Part shown: positions 59,605-64,000 of the stretch, piece by piece | Layout: each line of letters starts with the position of its first letter | Position numbering within the stretch: the stretch's first letter is position 1 | DNA from: Bacteroidota bacterium | GTDB taxonomy: Bacteria; Bacteroidota; Bacteroidia; Sphingobacteriales; Sphingobacteriaceae | Direction: 5' to 3' | Assembly (NCBI GenBank): GCA_037033465.1 | Contig: JAZBLX010000002.1 | Coordinates: 109,299-173,298 of the forward strand | Length of the DNA: 64,000 nucleotides | Notes under the pieces: model-generated | What the model was told of the DNA's origin: nothing | What the model saw: only the letters and a program-made list of their open reading frames with translations | Databases searched by the model: none | Position numbers and translations under genes: made by a program

Positions 59605-59619
59605 ACCTAATTAAATAAA

Positions 59620-61647
59620 ATGAAACCCAATAATAAATTGTTCGAACCTGCTTTAGTGCAAACTGCATTGAAACAATCTTTCATCAAATTAGACCCTCGG
59701 GTAATGGTTCGCAACCCGGTAATGTTTACCGTCGAAATCGGAACCCTCGTAATGGCTTATGTTACTGTTTACTCTTTCAGCCATAGCGGACAAGGTTCAC
59801 CGCTTTATAACTTCTTTATCTTTTTAATTCTGTTGCTCACTGTTCTTTTTGCGAATTTTGCAGAGGCTATTGCCGAAGCAAGAGGTAAGGCGCAAGCTGA
59901 TAGCTTACGCAAAACAAGAGAGGAAACACCTGCCAAAGTACTTTTGGAGAATGGCTCATTTGAAATCCGTTCATCAAACTCGTTAAAAAAGGGCGATATC
60001 TTTATTTGCGAAACCGGCGATACCATCCCAACAGATGGAGAAATTATCGAAGGAATTGCAACGATCGATGAATCTGCCATCACCGGTGAATCTGCGCCGG
60101 TAATTCGTGAGTCTGGTGGCGATAAATCATCGGTTACCGGCGGTACAAAGGTATTGTCTGATGAAATCAAAGTGCAGGTAAGCACGGCTCCGGGTGAAAG
60201 CTTTCTCGATAAAATGATTGCTTTGGTGGAAGGTGCGTCACGTCAGAAAACGCCAAATGAAATTGCCTTAACCATCCTGCTGGCAAGTTTTACTCTGGTA
60301 TTTATTATCGTTTGCGTAACGCTGAAACCATTCGCCGATTACGCCAATACCCCCATTACCATTGCTGCGTTAATTTCATTATTCGTATGCTTAATTCCAA
60401 CCACAATTGGTGGCTTATTATCTGCCATCGGGATTGCCGGAATGGACAGGGCTTTAAGAGCGAATGTAATTACCAAATCAGGTAAAGCGGTAGAAACAGC
60501 TGGCGATATTGACGTGTTGCTTTTGGATAAAACCGGAACCATCACCATCGGAAACCGGAAAGCAACCAACTTCTACCCAACAGCAGGTGTGATGATCAAA
60601 AACTTTACCGATGCCTGTGTATTAAGTTCTTTGGCTGATGAAACCCCAGAGGGAAAATCAATCATTGAATTAGCTGCCGAGCAGGGTTTTAAAAGTGCCG
60701 GAACTCCCAATGGCTCTACATTTATCAAATTTACCGCAGAAACCCGCTCCAGCGGATTAGATACCCTTGATGGCAGGCGAATTAGAAAAGGTGCTTTTGA
60801 TTCGATCAGAAACATCGTTGAGAAAGCAGGAAATATTTTCCCATCAGATATTGAGGACCATGTTAAGGCTATTGCTACCAACGGCGGAACGCCACTAGTG
60901 GTTTCAGAAAATGAAAAAGCCTTAGGCGTAATCGAGCTGCAGGATATTATCAAACCAGGCATCAGCGAACGGTTCGAACGCTTAAGAAAAATGGGCGTAA
61001 AAACCGTAATGGTTACTGGCGATAATCCGTTAACAGCAAAATACATTGCCGAAAAAGCTGGTGTAGATGATTTTATTGCAGAGGCAAAGCCTGAAGATAA
61101 AATGAACTACATTAAAGATGAACAGGCTTTAGGAAAATTGGTCGCCATGATGGGCGATGGTACAAATGATGCACCGGCACTTGCACAAGCTGATGTTGGC
61201 GTGGCCATGAACAGTGGAACGCAGGCGGCAAAAGAAGCAGGAAACATGGTCGATTTAGATAACGACCCCACCAAGTTAATCGAAATTGTAGAAATTGGTA
61301 AACAGCTGTTAATTACCAGGGGAACGCTCACTACTTTCTCCATTGCCAATGATGTAGCTAAATACTTTGCCATTGTTCCGGCACTATTTATTGCCTCCAT
61401 TCCAGCATTGCAACGTTTGAACATCATGGGTTTACATTCACCTGAAAGCGCAATTATGTCGGCGGTTATTTTCAATGCAATCATCATTCCGATCTTAATT
61501 CCATTGGCTTTGAAAGGTGTGGCTTATAAACCTATCGGTGCTACTGCTTTACTTCGAAGAAACTTATTTATCTATGGAATCGGCGGTGTTGTGGCGCCAT
61601 TTATAGGCATCAAACTAATTGACCTCGTCATTGGATTATTTGTTTAA
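59620..61647 (+). CDS. kdpB: K+-transporting P-type ATPase subunit B
   Basis: 675 aa. DKTGTIT phosphorylation motif, [12 protein letters not shown]. Confidence 0.95.
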   Translation: MKPNNKLFEPALVQTALKQSFIKLDPRVMVRNPVMFTVEIGTLVMAYVTVYSFSHSGQGSPLYNFFIFLILLLTVLFANFAEAIAEARGKAQADSLRKTREETPAKVLLENGSFEIRSSNSLKKGDIFICETGDTIPTDGEIIEGIATIDESAITGESAPVIRESGGDKSSVTGGTKVLSDEIKVQVSTAPGESFLDKMIALVEGASRQKTPNEIALTILLASFTLVFIIVCVTLKPFADYANTPITIAALISLFVCLIPTTIGGLLSAIGIAGMDRALRANVITKSGKAVETAGDIDVLLLDKTGTITIGNRKATNFYPTAGVMIKNFTDACVLSSLADETPEGKSIIELAAEQGFKSAGTPNGSTFIKFTAETRSSGLDTLDGRRIRKGAFDSIRNIVEKAGNIFPSDIEDHVKAIATNGGTPLVVSENEKALGVIELQDIIKPGISERFERLRKMGVKTVMVTGDNPLTAKYIAEKAGVDDFIAEAKPEDKMNYIKDEQALGKLVAMMGDGTNDAPALAQADVGVAMNSGTQAAKEAGNMVDLDNDPTKLIEIVEIGKQLLITRGTLTTFSIANDVAKYFAIVPALFIASIPALQRLNIMGLHSPESAIMSAVIFNAIIIPILIPLALKGVAYKPIGATALLRRNLFIYGIGGVVAPFIGIKLIDLVIGLFV

Positions 61648-61650
61648 AAC

Positions 61651-61909
61651 AGGAAACAGACAAGAGGGGAAATGGGAAATAGATAGAAGGAAATGAAAAA
61701 TAGTAAGTGGGGGAATAGGAAATAGACAAATGGAAAAATAAGAAATAGGTAACGAACAGATCAAGATAGAAGGACAAAAGGATGAAAACAATATAAATAC
61801 CTCCCATTAAATCCATTTCCTAACATCTGATTCCTAATATCTATTTCCTATTCCCTTAAACCCATTTCCTAATACCTATACCTATTTCCTAACACCTATT
61901 TCCTAAAAT
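61651..61909 (+). repeat. Largest heptamer-phased element (about 37 units) in the kdpB-kdpC spacer
   Basis: The purine arm reads GGGAAAT GGGAAAT AGATAGA AGGAAAT GAAAAAT AGTAAGT ..GGAAT AGGAAAT AGACAAA... In the pyrimidine arm ATTTCCT recurs at 61815, 61843, 61864, 61884 and 61898. There is a 16-nt perfect inverted core at 61711-26 / 61840-55. Confidence 0.85.
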
Positions 61910-61945
61910 ATATTCTCAAAGAAATCTTTAAAAATTAAAAATATC

Positions 61946-62506
61946 ATGAAAAAATACATCATACCATCATTACGCTTAACCTTGGTTCTAATCGTACTAT
62001 TATGCATTATCTACCCCATCAGCATTGCGCTTGCAGGCAAATTTTCTAAAGGAAATGGCGGTGGAGAAAAAATCACTAAAAATGGCAAAACGATAGGTTA
62101 TGCTTTGCTCGGTCAATCGTTTACCAAACCAGAATATTTCTCTGGCAGACCATCAGCTGTAGGTTACAACGCTGCAGGTTCCGCAGGTTCAAATAAAGGC
62201 CCATCAAATCCGGACTACTTAAAAGATGTTCAGTCCAGAATTGATACCCTATTGAAATATAACGCTGATTTGAAAAAATCAGATATCCCTGCAGACATGG
62301 TCACTGCATCTGGCAGTGGTTTAGACCCTAACATCTCTGAGCAAGGTGCCGCCATTCAGGTTGCAAGAGTAGCCAAAGCCCGTAAAATAAGCGAGCAAAA
62401 AGTAAAAGAATTGATTGCCATGAATACGATAAAACCATTATTAGGCTTGTTCGGCCCTTCATCAGTAAATGTATTGAAATTGAATTTAGCATTAGATAAT
62501 TTGTAG
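61946..62506 (+). CDS. kdpC: K+-transporting ATPase subunit C
   Basis: 186 aa. N-terminal TM anchor, SGSGLDP.IS motif. Confidence 0.92.
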   Translation: MKKYIIPSLRLTLVLIVLLCIIYPISIALAGKFSKGNGGGEKITKNGKTIGYALLGQSFTKPEYFSGRPSAVGYNAAGSAGSNKGPSNPDYLKDVQSRIDTLLKYNADLKKSDIPADMVTASGSGLDPNISEQGAAIQVARVAKARKISEQKVKELIAMNTIKPLLGLFGPSSVNVLKLNLALDNL

Positions 62507-62548
62507 GACCTCTCAATCTTAACGCAATTGCTGTAACCCCTAGCTATA

Positions 62549-62575
62549 GGATTGCTTCGTTCCTCAGCAATGACG
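62549..62575 (+). repeat. Short hairpin motif GGATTGCTTCGTTCCTCAGCAATGACG
   Basis: ATTGCT (62551-56) pairs with AGCAAT (62566-71). From memory, it resembles the ...ATTGCTTCG...CCTCGCAATGAC hairpin repeats dispersed in many Bacteroidota genomes. Confidence 0.35.
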
Positions 62576-62644
62576 ATCGCCTTAAAAACCTTAAAATCAC
62601 TTAACATCCGTGTAATCACCCGGAAAGAAAATCACTTTATCAAA

Positions 62645-63715
62645 ATGAAAAAAATAATCACGCTTATCACCACATTAACTGCAGGTTTAACTGCTTTTGC
62701 CCAGGAAGAACCCAAAGTAAAGTTCTCTGGCTACTTAGAAACCTATTATAGTTATGATTTTAATAAACCGTCAGATCATAACCGCCCTGGCTTCATTTAT
62801 TCCCATAACCGCACAAATGAAGTAAATCTGAATTTAGGCTTCATCAAAGCTGCATACGACAGTGGCTCAATCCGCGCGAACCTGGCGGTAATGGCCGGAA
62901 CCTATGCGAACGCCAACTTATCTGCAGAGCCGGGTGTATTGAAAAATGTTTTTGAAGCAAATGCCGGAGTAAAATTATCTAAAACAGAAAACTTATGGAT
63001 TGATGCCGGAATTTTCACTTCTCATATTGGTTTCGAAGGCGCGATTTCCAAAGATTGCTGGGTTCTAACCCGAAATATTGCTTCCGAGAATACGCCTTAT
63101 TATGAATCAGGAGCTAAAATAACCTATGGCACCAAAGATGGTAAACTTACCGCTTCACTACTTTACCTTAACGGCTGGCAAAGAATAACCCGGGTAAATG
63201 GCAATAATAAACCCGCTGGAGGACTACAGCTGACCTGGAAGCCAACAGGTAAAATTACAGTAAATTACAGCAACTACCTGGGTACTGAAGGTGCCGATTC
63301 TGTTCGTGTAAACCGTTTACACCATAATGTTTATGGCATTTTTCAACTTACTGATCATTTTGGTTTAACAATGGGATTTGACTATGGCACGCAGCAGAAA
63401 GAAAAAGGAAGTAACGATAAAAATGAAGTCATTTCGCCTGTAGCAATTGCACAATACAAATTTGCACCAAAATGGGCGGTTGCCGGTAGATTTGAATATT
63501 ATGAAGATAAAAACGGTATTTTTATTTCCAGCGGAACGCCTAACGGGTTCAGAACTAAAGGTTATTCTTTAAACGTTGATTATTCACCGATTCAAAATGC
63601 AGTGATCCGTATAGAAGGAAAAACCTATGATAGTAAAGATAAGATCTTCGTCCGTGAGGGCGGTCAGGTTAATGCAAATACCACTTTAACAGCCAGCATA
63701 GCGGTCGCTTTCTAA
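62645..63715 (+). CDS. Outer-membrane porin associated with the kdp locus
   Basis: Start at MKKIITLITTLTAGLTAFAQ (signal peptide). Beta-strand-alternating sequence ending in F. The track ORF start at 62552 would translate the hairpin repeat. Confidence 0.75.
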   Translation: MKKIITLITTLTAGLTAFAQEEPKVKFSGYLETYYSYDFNKPSDHNRPGFIYSHNRTNEVNLNLGFIKAAYDSGSIRANLAVMAGTYANANLSAEPGVLKNVFEANAGVKLSKTENLWIDAGIFTSHIGFEGAISKDCWVLTRNIASENTPYYESGAKITYGTKDGKLTASLLYLNGWQRITRVNGNNKPAGGLQLTWKPTGKITVNYSNYLGTEGADSVRVNRLHHNVYGIFQLTDHFGLTMGFDYGTQQKEKGSNDKNEVISPVAIAQYKFAPKWAVAGRFEYYEDKNGIFISSGTPNGFRTKGYSLNVDYSPIQNAVIRIEGKTYDSKDKIFVREGGQVNANTTLTASIAVAF

Positions 63716-63733
63716 TAAAACCAGCAAATATCA

Positions 63734-64000
63734 ATGCAAGAAAAAGAAGATTCGGTTGAACACTTCCTTGGACTTATTCAAAAATCGAGGCGGGGCAAAC
63801 TCAAGATTTATATTGGGATGAGCGCTGGTGTGGGCAAAACTTATCGGATGTTGCAAGAAGCCCACGCCTTGTTGCGTAATGGAATCGATATTTGCATTGG
63901 TTATGTGGAAACCCATAAAAGAGCAGAAACCGACGCTTTGGTTGCGGGATTGCCTATAATTCCGAGAAAAAACATTTTCTACAGGGGGAAGGAAATTGAT
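63734..64000 (+). CDS. kdpD: KdpD-type osmosensitive K+ channel sensor, N-terminal fragment (runs off window end)
   Basis: MQEKEDSVEHFLGLIQKSRRGKLKIYIGMSAGVGKTYRMLQEAHALLRNGIDICIGYVETHKRAET matches the KdpD N-terminal P-loop domain (RGKLKI..G...GVGKTY.ML). Open to the window edge, so not in the ORF track. Confidence 0.8.
   Translation, partial: MQEKEDSVEHFLGLIQKSRRGKLKIYIGMSAGVGKTYRMLQEAHALLRNGIDICIGYVETHKRAETDALVAGLPIIPRKNIFYRGKEID

Noticed and set aside
61651-61909. Heptamer repeat tracts considered as CRISPR arrays or coding low-complexity regions
   Set aside because: Units are 7 nt with no spacers and no cas genes. Stops occur in all frames in the intergenic copies, so they are neither CRISPR arrays nor genes.
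62552-62644. N-terminal extension of the porin ORF (MLRSSAMTIALK...)
   Set aside because: It translates the hairpin repeat in the spacer. A canonical signal peptide starts at ATG 62645.

Overview
This looks like a core-chromosome window from a Bacteroidota genome, probably Sphingobacteriaceae (Pedobacter-like). That inference rests on roughly 40% GC by eye, two SusC/SusD pairs, and the rpmB-rpmG-DUF4295-ftsY-rimO and surE-lpxB synteny. I support about 52 protein genes. They include: (1) a LacI-controlled polysaccharide utilisation locus (SusC/SusD plus a DUF4965 glutaminase-A-like hydrolase) with recognisable AAAACGTTTT operators; (2) a second SusC/SusD pair next to a GH130 gene; (3) housekeeping genes lpxB, surE, acs, rpmB, rpmG, ftsY, rimO, gpsA, acnA and rlmH; (4) GH1 and GH92 enzymes; (5) a TolC/adaptor pair; (6) a PIN toxin-antitoxin pair in an AT-rich patch; (7) a sodium:solute symporter / PIG-L / M20 / GNAT run; (8) a kdpFABC-porin-kdpD potassium uptake locus preceded by a sigma-54 response regulator. 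I saw no rRNA, tRNA, CRISPR array, transposase or integrase. The most unusual signal is non-coding. At least ten spacers, and one site inside a CDS, hold degenerate tandem 7-nt word repeats that keep heptamer phase for 35-260 nt. They start right after the upstream stop codon on the sense strand. They usually run as a purine/GT-rich arm followed by a complementary pyrimidine-rich arm. They enlarge two of the kdp operon spacers (177 and 298 nt). A second repeat system is the motif AATCTGTGNAATC. Inverted copies of it bracket a GxxExxY (PD-(D/E)XK-like) gene wedged between ftsY and rimO, and an orphan tandem copy lies between kdpA and kdpB. All functional calls come from reading translations and motifs by eye. 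No database search was run.
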